A DNA stretch of 64,000 bases, from the NCBI GenBank assembly GCA_034669905.1, contig JAXMOL010000028.1, positions 28,244 to 92,243 of the forward strand. The letters run 5' to 3'. This DNA is from Candidatus Hydrogenedentota bacterium (lineage in GTDB: Bacteria > Hydrogenedentota > Hydrogenedentia > Hydrogenedentales > JAEUWI01). The translations under genes and the position numbers were made by a program. Position 1 is the first letter of the stretch, and every line of letters starts with the position of its first letter. The notes beneath the pieces were generated by a model that was given only the letters and a program-made list of their open reading frames with translations, was not told the DNA's origin and made no database searches. Positions 19,886-29,660 of the stretch are shown piece by piece.

Positions 19886-20233
19886 ATGCAGATTGACCAG
19901 GAGCACGCAGACGGCGTGAGCATACTTGCCCTGAAGGGGCGACTGGATGAATTGGCCACCACCGAGGTCGAGGCCGTTTTTACACGGACGCTTCATGACG
20001 AGGCGGGGGGCCTGATTCTGGACCTTTCCGGTGTCGAGTATGTGAGCAGCAGCGGCTTGCGCATTCTCCTCATGCTTTCCAAGGCCATGAAAAAACAACA
20101 ACGGACCCTGAAACTATGTCATCTCAGCCCCTTTGTGGCCGAAGTCTTTGAGATAAGCAACTTTTCCGCTATGTTTGAAATCTACGACGACATAGCCATT
20201 GCGCGCCAGGAATTTGGCAGCGGCACGGCCTAG
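19886..20233 (+). CDS. STAS-domain anti-sigma-factor antagonist
   Basis: LKGRLD and LILDLSGVEYVSSSGLRIL, including the phosphoacceptor Ser motif. GAGG RBS. Confidence 0.92.
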   Translation: MQIDQEHADGVSILALKGRLDELATTEVEAVFTRTLHDEAGGLILDLSGVEYVSSSGLRILLMLSKAMKKQQRTLKLCHLSPFVAEVFEISNFSAMFEIYDDIAIARQEFGSGTA

Positions 20234-20242
20234 TCACCGCCT

Positions 20243-22246
20243 ATGGAACCCCGTGACCCGGCAGTGAAACGCCCCTTGCTCCATTCCCGGCCCGAACTGT
20301 GGGATACGGTGATGGCTGACGAGGAAGAATCCGGCGATGACCGCCCAATCGCCCAGTCCACCTATCTGATCGAAAACGACGTGGTGGACATGGAAGAGCC
20401 CTGGCACGTGGGGTACCGCCTGGATGACCGCTACGAAATCACCGAAATCCGAGGGGGCAAAGGTGCCAGCGGCATGGGCATCGTCTATATCGTGGAGGAC
20501 AACCACGGCCGCAAGAGCGCGGTCAAAACCCTCCAGCGCCGCTTCCGACAGGAACTCCAACTCCTCCAACGATTCGTCCGCGAAGCACGCACCTGGATGC
20601 TCATCGGCGCCCACCCCAACATCGTGTGTGCCCGTCGGCTCGACATCATTGAAGCCGTCCCCTGTCTCTTCATGGAATACGTGCCCTCCGACGAACAAGG
20701 CACCCATGCCCTGTCCCAACGGCTCAACCAGAGCCCCCTCTCCATCGAGGACACCCTCCAGCTGGCCCACCAGTTTTGCACGGGCATGATGCACGCCACC
20801 CAGGCAGTCCCGGGCCTGGTCCACCGCGACATTAAACCGGAGAACCTCCTGCTCAATAGCGAGGGCATCCTGAAAATTACCGACTTCGGGCTGGTGCGCA
20901 CCAAGGCCATGTCCGACGACACCCTGGAAAAGCTCTCCCAGTCCGACCTCTTCGAAGATCTTCCGACCGATATCACCCGTATCGGCTCCATCTTCGGGAC
21001 CCCGGCCTACATGGCCCCCGAGCAGTTCATGCGGGCCAGTGAAGTAACCTTCAGTGCCGACATCTACAGTCTCGGCTGCTGCCTCTTCGAGGCCTTGACC
21101 GGCATGCCGCCCTTTCTCATCCGGGGCGACAGCACGGTAGAGCGTCTGGTCAAGATAAAGCAGCAACACCTCACGGCACCGCCCCCATCCATTCGAGAAG
21201 CGATAGGCGACACCTGCCCCCTCGCCCTGGAAAAAATTGTGCGGCGCTGCCTGGCGAAACGCGCGCAGGAGCGGTGGGAAAGTTACGAAGACCTCGATAT
21301 CGCCCTGCTGAGCGTTATGGATACCCTGAACATCACGCCCCGCGAATTGCCCTGCCCCAGTCCCACCCCACTGGAAGTCGTGGAGCAAATGCATTCCATC
21401 ACGCTACTCGAGGGCTATGACCAGGCCATCCACATGCGCAAGCTCCGGGAAGGGCAGGAAGAAAGCCCCTATGCCTTCCACCTCGCCCTCGCTTCCTACT
21501 TCCATTGTGTCGACGACGACACGGAAGAAGAACGCCAGTTATCAAAGGCCCTGGCGCTCAAGGCCGATCAGGTGGGCTATGAGGCCGTGCGCCGTCTCTG
21601 CGACCTGTGGGTAAAGCAGGGCCACTACAGCCGGGCCGACGTGGTGCTCCGCGCCTATCTGGAGAAAACGCCCGATGCCTGGGAACAAATGCTGGAACCC
21701 CTCGTGCGGGTGTCCTGTGGCCTGGGCGATTTCGACCGGGCCCGGGAAGCCCTGGCCCTCTTCGGAGACACCCAACGCATCCGTCTCCTCCGGGCGGAAA
21801 TTTATCGTGCGGAGGGCGACACCTGCGCCCTCGCCAACTTGCTGAAAAAAATGCATTCGTCCGTCCTCGAACGCCTCTCCGCGAAAGTGGCCGGACTTGA
21901 TGCAAGCGACACGGTGGGATGGGCCCGTTCCGATGACCCCGTGTTACTGGAGACCGTGCTGGGCTCCCTCCTGCCCGACCTCGACCTCCAGCCCCTGAAA
22001 AAAGTATCCCACGCCATCTGGCCCAGTATCAGCGGCTACCCCGATTTCGCCCCCGATATGGCGTGGCTCTCCTACACGCTGGGGGAACTCGCCGCCATCG
22101 GCGCGGCCGCCACCCCCGAAGCCTCCAAAACCTTTGCCCAATTTGCCGAATTCCTGGGCTATCCCAGCCGCCTCGAAAAACACCTCGAGCGGGATGAATA
22201 CTGGTTCTGGATGGCCGAAACCCAATCGGGAAAAAAGACCGACTGA
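20243..22246 (+). CDS. Hanks-type Ser/Thr kinase with helical (TPR-like) C-terminus
   Basis: GMGIVY, AVKT, HRDIKPEN, TDFGL, GTPAYMAPEQ and DIYSLG motifs. Confidence 0.92.
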   Translation: MEPRDPAVKRPLLHSRPELWDTVMADEEESGDDRPIAQSTYLIENDVVDMEEPWHVGYRLDDRYEITEIRGGKGASGMGIVYIVEDNHGRKSAVKTLQRRFRQELQLLQRFVREARTWMLIGAHPNIVCARRLDIIEAVPCLFMEYVPSDEQGTHALSQRLNQSPLSIEDTLQLAHQFCTGMMHATQAVPGLVHRDIKPENLLLNSEGILKITDFGLVRTKAMSDDTLEKLSQSDLFEDLPTDITRIGSIFGTPAYMAPEQFMRASEVTFSADIYSLGCCLFEALTGMPPFLIRGDSTVERLVKIKQQHLTAPPPSIREAIGDTCPLALEKIVRRCLAKRAQERWESYEDLDIALLSVMDTLNITPRELPCPSPTPLEVVEQMHSITLLEGYDQAIHMRKLREGQEESPYAFHLALASYFHCVDDDTEEERQLSKALALKADQVGYEAVRRLCDLWVKQGHYSRADVVLRAYLEKTPDAWEQMLEPLVRVSCGLGDFDRAREALALFGDTQRIRLLRAEIYRAEGDTCALANLLKKMHSSVLERLSAKVAGLDASDTVGWARSDDPVLLETVLGSLLPDLDLQPLKKVSHAIWPSISGYPDFAPDMAWLSYTLGELAAIGAAATPEASKTFAQFAEFLGYPSRLEKHLERDEYWFWMAETQSGKKTD

Positions 22247-22248
22247 GC

Positions 22249-22590
22249 ATGAACAAGAATCTTCTGCAGGCCACCGAACAAGTCCTGATTGACCAATGGC
22301 AGGTCGCGCCGCTGGGCCTGTCGCCCTACGATCTCAACCGACAGTTGCTCCTCGAAGCCCTGTCGGAGCGCATCCTCTACCTGCTCCAATACCGCCCCCA
22401 GAAACTCCTGTCGGCCCTCTATATCCTCGACATCGGTGAGGATGCCTACGACCGCGCCATGGAGCAGGACACCATGCAGGACCGCGCCTGGGCCCTCGCC
22501 GAGGCCATCTACGATCGGGAAACCGAGAAGATTGAGCTCCGGCGCAAATACAGCGCAGACAGCGGGGAGAACCCCCGGTTGGAAGGGTGA
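22249..22590 (+). CDS. Conserved hypothetical protein
   Basis: Starts 2 nt after the kinase stop, host-like codon usage, LLSALYILDIGE motif. Confidence 0.7.
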   Translation: MNKNLLQATEQVLIDQWQVAPLGLSPYDLNRQLLLEALSERILYLLQYRPQKLLSALYILDIGEDAYDRAMEQDTMQDRAWALAEAIYDRETEKIELRRKYSADSGENPRLEG

Positions 22591-22606
22591 CACCATCGGG
22601 AAAATG

Positions 22607-22999
22607 GGGCTGTGCCGCGCTATCTTCGCACTACAAGTCTAAACGAGTTGCGCGAAGTTCGTGCGCGTGAAGCATTCGCAGCGTTGGTCTATCAAGAGAA
22701 CACCACCGCGAGAATCCGAGTGTAATCGCCTGATTTCGAGAACGATGGCGGGTGCCACCCTCAAACGGAGGAGCGCAGCGGGGAAGTTTGTGGGTGCGTT
22801 GATTCAGGTGCTGCTCTACGATTGCCGTTGCGTGCGAACGTCAAAACCTCGGGTATACGCGGGGAGATGGGCCAGGCTATGGGATGGGCCGTTGGCCCAC
22901 GCAATCGGGTATGTTCACGGACCGTTGGCCCTCCGGAAGGCCAGCGGGTGTCTTCCGTGCAGCGGTATAAGCGCCAACGGCGCGATAGCATAACAGCCC
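22607..22999. mobile_element. Degenerate copy of the MITE-like palindromic element
   Basis: gtgccgcgctatc...gtctaaacgagttgcgcgaagttcgtgcgcg matches 33051 and 37243. The right end gatagcataacagccc is degenerate. Confidence 0.55.
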
Positions 23000-23395
23000 A
23001 GGCTCCAGGCCTGGGTAAATTCGGTATTTCTTTCTTCCCAGGGCCGAAAGTCCGCAACATATGCTCGCGACACGTCCGAAAATACCGTACCGTCGTATCG
23101 TCGGAAATCGGTAATAGGGGAGCTGCACCGGTTGATTTCCGTATCTCTACGCTTGAAAACGTGCTGTATATCGTTTTCCTGTTATCGTTGACAGCTGGCT
23201 CCGCTCCCGTGCGATCCCATCACCCACAAGCGCTGCGGCAGGGCCGCCCCGCTTGAGGGTGGCACCCGCAGTGCGCTTTCTTGAAACAAAACCGTCTTAG
23301 CTCACACCTTGATCCCGTCGCCCGGCTCTTGTAGCATAGGCGCTCTTCCCAATGCGTAAGCACACACCACACCCCATCAAAAAGGAATTATCCCC

Positions 23396-23965
23396 ATGCC
23401 TATGCCCGTCACCCTGGAACCCACGCCTATCGACGGTCTGTTGATTGTAAAAACCGGGGTGTTCCACGACGATCGGGGCTACTTCTCGGAGTCTTACTCG
23501 GAGATGATGTGGCACGAGGCCGGCTTCGATATCCCCTTCAAGCAGGATAACCTGAGCAAATCGAAGAAAGGCACCTTGCGGGGCATGCACTACCAGATTG
23601 AGCCCGAAGGCATGGGCAAGCTCGTGCGGTGTGTGCAGGGCTCCGTCTTCGACGTGGCCGTCGATCTGCGAAAGGGTTCACCCACCTATGGGAAGTGGCA
23701 TGGGCTGGAACTGAGCGGCGAAAACCACCTCGCATTCTGGGTCCCTGCCGGATTCGCCCATGGATTCGTGGCGCTGGAAGATGAAAGTCTGGTCCACTAC
23801 AAGTGCACCACCCACCACGCCCCCGACTTCGAACGGGCACTGAATTACGCGTGCCCGGCGGTGGGGATACAATGGCCCATCGCCCCCACCATTATCACGC
23901 AAAAAGACAAAGATGCCCCGATGCTGAGTGAAGTGGACAGTAACTTCGAATTCCCCGGACGCTGA
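23396..23965 (+). CDS. rfbC: dTDP-4-dehydrorhamnose 3,5-epimerase
   Basis: FHDDRGYFSE, QDNLSKS, GTLRGMHYQ, DVAVDLRKGSPTYG and PAGFAHGF motifs. Confidence 0.96.
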   Translation: MPMPVTLEPTPIDGLLIVKTGVFHDDRGYFSESYSEMMWHEAGFDIPFKQDNLSKSKKGTLRGMHYQIEPEGMGKLVRCVQGSVFDVAVDLRKGSPTYGKWHGLELSGENHLAFWVPAGFAHGFVALEDESLVHYKCTTHHAPDFERALNYACPAVGIQWPIAPTIITQKDKDAPMLSEVDSNFEFPGR

Positions 23966-23988
23966 AAGGCGCCCTCCCCGAAAAGGCC

Positions 23989-24183
23989 CTATTCGGATTC
24001 GGTAGTGGCCGTATCGCTCGCTGCGGAAGCGGCATCTGCACCGTCGGCGTCCGCCGTCAAGCCCTGCTCGTCTTCCGTACCTTCCGCTGCTTTTTCCAGC
24101 TTCCGAAGCCGCTTTTCTTCTTTTTTCTTCTGCTTCGCGAGTTCACGCTGACGCTTCTCGAATTGGTGATTGGGTTTAGCCAA
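23989..24183 (-). CDS. Small basic/acidic conserved hypothetical protein
   Basis: TTG start with AGGAAG upstream. MAKPNHQFEKRQRELAKQKKKEEK followed by an acidic tail. Confidence 0.7.
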   Translation of the reverse strand: MAKPNHQFEKRQRELAKQKKKEEKRLRKLEKAAEGTEDEQGLTADADGADAASAASDTATTESE

Positions 24184-24501
24184 AAGACTTCCTTTCGTCC
24201 TGGGCCACCCAAGCAACATAGAAAAACTTGAGCAATCCAAAATAGTAATGGGGTGTAAAATCAGGTGCGGGCCGTGGTTACGGTGTCGGCCCCGGTCTCG
24301 TGGCGCCCTTTACTGGCGGCACGTTCGCACATCAAGATCCATTCGCTGTCACTGATGGAATCGAAAGCTCCGGTACGAAGGGCTTCGTTACAGAGGAATT
24401 GCTCCTCCTCACGAGGGGTCCGTTTGGCGGGGGAAGTCGCTAGCGATGCGTGAGAAATGGTCATAGGCCATTGTAGCATATAACAAGACCATCTGGGGGA
24501 T

Positions 24502-25776
24502 TTATTTTCGGGACTCCACCGGGGGCGTGGAATGCTGCCCTACCACCACACCCAAGCCCTTCAATGTCACTTCTATACACTCCAGAAAAGCATCGGCTTT
24601 GTCATTCCGCGTATAGTGGGCCACCACATGATCCCGGCCGTTCTGAGCCAGCGTCGCTGCCGTGTCGGGATCCGTGGCCAGCCGCACGATCGCATCACGG
24701 TAGGCCGCCGCGTCTTCCGGCGCCACCGCAATCCCTGCCCGGGCCTCTTCCAACAGCCTGCGGGCCTGCCCCGTGGCACCGAGAATCATCGGACGGGCGC
24801 AGGCCATAATCTCAAACATCTTGGAGGGAATGTTGTAGCGGAACACATCCCGCTTTTTCAGGGGTACCAGGCACACATCGGCCGCCGCGTAAAAGGCCGG
24901 CATCCGCGCCTTCTCCTGGTACGGCAGAAAGGTCACGTTTTCCAGCGCCTGCGCCGCCGCCCCGTCCCGCAGCGAATCCCACTCGGCGCCACTGCCCACG
25001 AAGACAAATTGATAACGCCCATCATCCTGCAGCAATGCGGCGGTCTCCAGGATGGTTTCCAGCCCCTGGGAAAGGCCATGGGTGCCGATATAGAGCACTA
25101 CAAATTTGTCCGACCAGCCATGCTCCGCCCGCAACCCGTTTTTTGCCAGGGGCACGAAAAATGATTCGTCAATGCCGTTGGTTACGGTGAAGAGTTTCGA
25201 CGCAGGAATCCCCCGAGATTCAATGTGGGCGCGAGAGGCCTCCGCCACAGCAATGACCGCCTTGCTGCGGTGGTAGAGGAACATCTCGAGGCCTTTCAGG
25301 CCGCGAATCACCAGGGGATTGGTGATGGTGCCCAGGTCGATGATGTGTTTCGGCCACAGGTCGCGCACCTCCAGGATAAAGGGGCGGCGCTTAAAGCAGG
25401 ATACGACGTAACCTCCGAGCGCGCAGAGCATCTGGGGCGTGGTGCCAATGACCACATCGCACTTTCCGGTGGACGTAATCCCAAAAAAAATGGCCGAGAG
25501 CATGAAGGACAGAAAGCTCAGGCAACGTTTGAAAACGCCCCGGTTGGGTGCCACAAAAAAGCGACAGCGCAACACGTGAATCCCGTCGATCTCTTCCCGG
25601 TAGAGCCACTTCCCCCGATAGGCTTCGGGAACGATGCCATAGGGATGGTTGGGCACACCGCAAATCACCGTGACGTCGTGGCCCTGGGCTACCCAATGGC
25701 GGGCATGCTCATGGGTACGGGCCGCCGGGGCACCCATCTCCGGGGTGAAATACTGGCAGAAAAAGAGTATCCGCAC
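24502..25776 (-). CDS. Glycosyltransferase family 4 (WcaI/CapM-like)
   Basis: QYFTPEMGA, LEVRDLWP, YIGTHGLSQGL and PSKMFEIMA motifs. GTG 25776 has a GGAGG RBS. Confidence 0.9.
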   Translation of the reverse strand: MRILFFCQYFTPEMGAPAARTHEHARHWVAQGHDVTVICGVPNHPYGIVPEAYRGKWLYREEIDGIHVLRCRFFVAPNRGVFKRCLSFLSFMLSAIFFGITSTGKCDVVIGTTPQMLCALGGYVVSCFKRRPFILEVRDLWPKHIIDLGTITNPLVIRGLKGLEMFLYHRSKAVIAVAEASRAHIESRGIPASKLFTVTNGIDESFFVPLAKNGLRAEHGWSDKFVVLYIGTHGLSQGLETILETAALLQDDGRYQFVFVGSGAEWDSLRDGAAAQALENVTFLPYQEKARMPAFYAAADVCLVPLKKRDVFRYNIPSKMFEIMACARPMILGATGQARRLLEEARAGIAVAPEDAAAYRDAIVRLATDPDTAATLAQNGRDHVVAHYTRNDKADAFLECIEVTLKGLGVVVGQHSTPPVESRK

Positions 25777-25906
25777 GATTAACCAGACTCCTCCACGGAT
25801 ACAGTGCGACCAGATTATTGGGGCGGGACAACAAAAGGGCCACGCTCCCCACGTGGCGATCCTAGGGCATCCCCGCCCAAAGATCAAACTGCGAATATTG
25901 AATCTC

Positions 25907-25936
25907 TTGACAGGCCGCCCTCCCGACCTCTAGCAT
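25907..25936 (+). promoter_or_regulatory. Putative sigma70 promoter
   Basis: TTGACA-N18-TAGCAT upstream of the 26008 CDS. Confidence 0.5.
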
Positions 25937-26007
25937 CAGGCTAATCCGAGCAGGATCCATCGACCAACACCTTCTCCTTCGACAGGGAATGAGCCACGCC
26001 ACCACCC

Positions 26008-28830
26008 ATGATCGTTCCGGGTCCCGACAACCCCTATTTCAAACTCCTACGCGGTGTTTTTTATACCTGGGTCGTGGGGCTCATCCTCGCGCTCTACCCC
26101 TATGCCGAGGATCCGGCCACCCCCATAAAAATGTTGCTGAGCGCGGCGGCCCTGCTGGCCCTCACTGGTATCGGTGCCGTGGGCATACTCCGACGCGCTA
26201 TCGCCCTTCGCCCCGTGTCCCCACCGGTCTATCTCCTCTTCGTATGGCTGGCCCTCCTCTCCCTTTCTGCCGTCGTTGCGGAACACCCGGCACGCAGTCT
26301 CCACGCGCTCTTGCCCTGGGTGCTCTTCGGAACCCTGGCCCTGTTCGCCCACCAACTCTTTTCCCACGCCCGCCACGTGCGCACCCTCTTTCGTGTCATC
26401 GTCGGCGCTACGGTCCTTTCCAGCCTCTACGGATTCCTCCAATACGCGGGCCTTGACCCCTTCCCCTGGGCACAGGTGAACGTGGAAGAATACCGGGGCC
26501 TCCCCGCTACCTTTGGCAACCCCAACTTTGCAGGCCACACCCTGATCATCGCCATCGTGCTGGCCGGGGGCCTCGTCGTCGATGGCTGGCACCGCGCACA
26601 ACGGCGGCGCGCCATACTGTTCCCCGCAGTGGCCCTGCTGATTCTCCCCACCCACCTATATCTCACCCACATGCGCGCGGGGCTCCTGGCCCTGCTCCTC
26701 GGGGGACTGGCCGTTATTCTCATGCTGGTGCTGCGGTCCCGAAAACATACGGCCCGCTTCGGCTGGTCCGTGGGCGTGGCGGCCGTCGGCGGGCTACTCC
26801 TCATCGCAGCCCTGGTCGCGGCCACCTTCACCGCCCAGCTCCCCCTGGACACGTCGCTCCAGCTTCGGCTCCATGGATACTACGGGGCCGCCCAACTCTT
26901 CCTCGACCATCCAGGCTTCGGCGTTGGGCCCGGTGAATACGCCTACCACAATATCCCCTACTGGACGAACTTTGAGTCCCTGTGGTTCGCCCTCGAAGGC
27001 AAGCGCAATCTCCATGTGCACAATGAGTGGCTCGAAGTGGCCCTCGAAGGTGGTCTCCCGGCCCTCTTTCTGCTGGTCCTCCTCTTTCTCCATGGCCTCA
27101 TCGCACCCTTCCGCCGTCCTTCCCGGCCATCGCCCCCGCGATTCACCCTGCCCGTCGTACTGCTGGTGGTCGCCGTCGACGCCTGCTTCGGATTCAACCT
27201 CCACGTGCCGGTAAGTGCCGCCCTCGTCTTTGTATTGCTCCTGCTACAACCCGATGGCACCGAACGGTGGTCCCTTCCCCAGGCCCGGGCCCGATGGGCC
27301 ATTCCCCTCGTCCTTGTGCCCCTGGCGGTCGTGTATTTCCTCCAGGCCTTCTGGCTCTTTCAGGGCGCACAACACTATCAGCGGGGACAAGGCGCCCTCG
27401 CGTGGTTACGCACCCACCCCGCCGACACGCCCACGGGCGACGACGCGGTACGGGCGGCGGCGCGCAATGCCTTTCAGCAGGCCCATGCCCTCCAACCCTG
27501 GGAACACCGCCCCCTCCAGGCCCTCGCCCAGTTGTCCCAGGAAGAAGGCAGGCTGGACGACGCCGTGGCCCTGTTGGAAAAGGCCCGAAGCCAGCACCCC
27601 CACCTCCCCCAACTGAACCTGGCGCTGACCCGCGTGTACTTGGAGAAAGCGCAAGGGGCATCGGGCGCAGCGCGAAGGGCCCTGCTGGACCGGGCCCAAG
27701 GCCTCGCGCAGCAAACGGCGACCCAGTGCCCGGCCCTCGGAGAGGCCCACGCCCTCCTCGGCTGGACCTACTGGCTGGCTGACACATCCCCCACCGGAGC
27801 GAACGACGAGGCCATCGCCGCCTTTGAAACGGCCCGTCAACACGGTGTCCCTGCCAACCCATCGCTGGAGCACGCCCTCGCCCTCGCCTATGGGGCACGG
27901 GGTCAATGGGCCAAAGCGGTCGCGGCCCGTCGGCGAAGCCTGACCCTCGCCCCCGCCGAAAGCACCTATTGGGACGCCTATGCCGCCCTCGTCGAAGCAG
28001 CCCCGGAACAGGCGACAACCTATCGCCAACGGCTCCGTCACGTGCTGAGTTCGGAGACGGCCCTGGACGAAGTCCTCCGCGCCCACCTGGCCCAACGCCT
28101 CGCGGCGGCTTCTACCCAATCGCTGGAACAGGAAATTTCACGGCGCAGCCTTCGGCAGGTGGCCAACCGGAATCCCGACGACATCCGGCTATGGAACGCG
28201 TGGTTCCAGCTGGTGCCCAAGGAAAAACGGGAGGCCGCATTGCGGGAGATTGGCGTAACGGTAGGCCTTTCCGAAAACCTGGCCCCCCTGCTGCTCCCTA
28301 TGGTCCACGCCGTACAGGCGCGCCCCGGTGACCATAGTGCCCTCGCGGAACTTACCCACCGTTGCGCCCAAATGCCGGGGCGACACACCCCCGAGTACAA
28401 TCGCAAGACCATGGGCGCCCTCCTTCAGTTCGTGTTGGAGACCTCGAACAACAGCCCACACACCTCGAGCTATCGCGGGCAACTCGCTTTCTTGCTCGGG
28501 GACTATGGGACGGCCGTGTCATTGCTGCAACAGGCCGCAAAGGAAGCACCCGCGGACGCCCAGGGTGAAACGACGTACTATCTCTCCCAGGCACTCGCCC
28601 ATCACGGTAAGCCCGCAGCCGCCCTTGCCCTGGCACGGGAAGCCCTCCAGTCCGACCCCGCCTCGGTCGCCTGCCAATGGAACTTTGCCTTGCGCCTGGT
28701 GGAATCGGGTGAAACGGCGGCCGCTCAATTTCAATTGGAGGCACTCCTGCCCCAGTTGAAGCGATCTCCGGAGGATTACGCGGCGATCGTGGGCCATCTT
28801 GAAGCCCTCCGAAGTGGGGCCACGCCATGA
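26008..28830 (+). CDS. O-antigen ligase/Wzy_C family membrane protein with C-terminal TPRs
   Basis: Many TM helices, ATFGNPNFAG, GVGPG and HVHNEWLE, followed by TPR-like helical repeats. Confidence 0.85.
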   Translation: MIVPGPDNPYFKLLRGVFYTWVVGLILALYPYAEDPATPIKMLLSAAALLALTGIGAVGILRRAIALRPVSPPVYLLFVWLALLSLSAVVAEHPARSLHALLPWVLFGTLALFAHQLFSHARHVRTLFRVIVGATVLSSLYGFLQYAGLDPFPWAQVNVEEYRGLPATFGNPNFAGHTLIIAIVLAGGLVVDGWHRAQRRRAILFPAVALLILPTHLYLTHMRAGLLALLLGGLAVILMLVLRSRKHTARFGWSVGVAAVGGLLLIAALVAATFTAQLPLDTSLQLRLHGYYGAAQLFLDHPGFGVGPGEYAYHNIPYWTNFESLWFALEGKRNLHVHNEWLEVALEGGLPALFLLVLLFLHGLIAPFRRPSRPSPPRFTLPVVLLVVAVDACFGFNLHVPVSAALVFVLLLLQPDGTERWSLPQARARWAIPLVLVPLAVVYFLQAFWLFQGAQHYQRGQGALAWLRTHPADTPTGDDAVRAAARNAFQQAHALQPWEHRPLQALAQLSQEEGRLDDAVALLEKARSQHPHLPQLNLALTRVYLEKAQGASGAARRALLDRAQGLAQQTATQCPALGEAHALLGWTYWLADTSPTGANDEAIAAFETARQHGVPANPSLEHALALAYGARGQWAKAVAARRRSLTLAPAESTYWDAYAALVEAAPEQATTYRQRLRHVLSSETALDEVLRAHLAQRLAAASTQSLEQEISRRSLRQVANRNPDDIRLWNAWFQLVPKEKREAALREIGVTVGLSENLAPLLLPMVHAVQARPGDHSALAELTHRCAQMPGRHTPEYNRKTMGALLQFVLETSNNSPHTSSYRGQLAFLLGDYGTAVSLLQQAAKEAPADAQGETTYYLSQALAHHGKPAAALALAREALQSDPASVACQWNFALRLVESGETAAAQFQLEALLPQLKRSPEDYAAIVGHLEALRSGATP

Positions 28831-29552
28831 AGCCACTTTCCAAGCGACACCGCTACGTCTTTCCTGCTATCGCCGGAACCATCACCCTGATGATGCTCGC
28901 CGGGGCCCATGGGTATCGCCTTCGGGGGGAAGCCCCCCTGCAGGCCGCCACGGCTCAATTGGGCACCGTCTTCCTCGCACAAGCCGCGCGTTTTGAAGCC
29001 GCAGGGGAGTTGGAGAGCGCGCTGGATTACTACGAGCGGGCACTGACGGGCGGCCTCGCAGGAGAGCAAGACCGTGTCCAGGCCCATAAGCGCTGCGGCG
29101 TCATTCGCTGGAAGCAGGGCAATTATGCCGCCGCCCTGCCCCACCTCCGGGCGGCACAAGCCAGCCCCCTGCGCAGTCTGAATGGCTACCGCCCCCTGGT
29201 AGAATCCTTGACAGCGGAAGGAAACATTGCCGAAGCAGAAACCTTCGCGGCGCGCTGGCGCGAAGAAGCCAGCGGCGATGTTGCCCAAACGGCCGATGCC
29301 CACCATGCCCAAGGCAGGCTCGCCCTCCATCGGGATGACCGCGCGGCCGCCATCGCCCATTTCGAGGCCGCGATCGAGCGGGTGCCCACGCACCGGGCCC
29401 ACATCGATCTCGCACGAATCCACTTGGAGCAGGACGCACCCGAAAAGGCCCGCGACCTGTTGATACGCTTCCTGAGCACCAGCGCCCCGGGGGCCGCAGC
29501 CAACGAGGCACGGGCGTTGTTACGCCAACCGATTCCGGTGAATCCATCCTGA
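28827..29552 (+). CDS. Membrane-anchored TPR protein
   Basis: N-terminal TM helix, ALDYYERAL and AIAHFEAAI repeats. ATGA overlap with the upstream gene. Confidence 0.75.
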   Translation: MKPLSKRHRYVFPAIAGTITLMMLAGAHGYRLRGEAPLQAATAQLGTVFLAQAARFEAAGELESALDYYERALTGGLAGEQDRVQAHKRCGVIRWKQGNYAAALPHLRAAQASPLRSLNGYRPLVESLTAEGNIAEAETFAARWREEASGDVAQTADAHHAQGRLALHRDDRAAAIAHFEAAIERVPTHRAHIDLARIHLEQDAPEKARDLLIRFLSTSAPGAAANEARALLRQPIPVNPS

Positions 29553-29595
29553 TGAATCAATGACTCGCTGAGATAAACTTATCCCCCCCAGAACC

Positions 29596-29625
29596 CCCCC
29601 TCCTGGGAGGGGCAGGGGTGGGTTA
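29596..29625. repeat. CCCCTCCTGGGAGGGG REP-like palindrome
   Basis: ccccctcctgggaggggcaggggtgggtt recurs at 61435-61467 and 62371-62460. Confidence 0.75.
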
Positions 29626-29660
29626 AGTTCCGAAGAGTACCGCAGGAGGGCGATGTCGAG

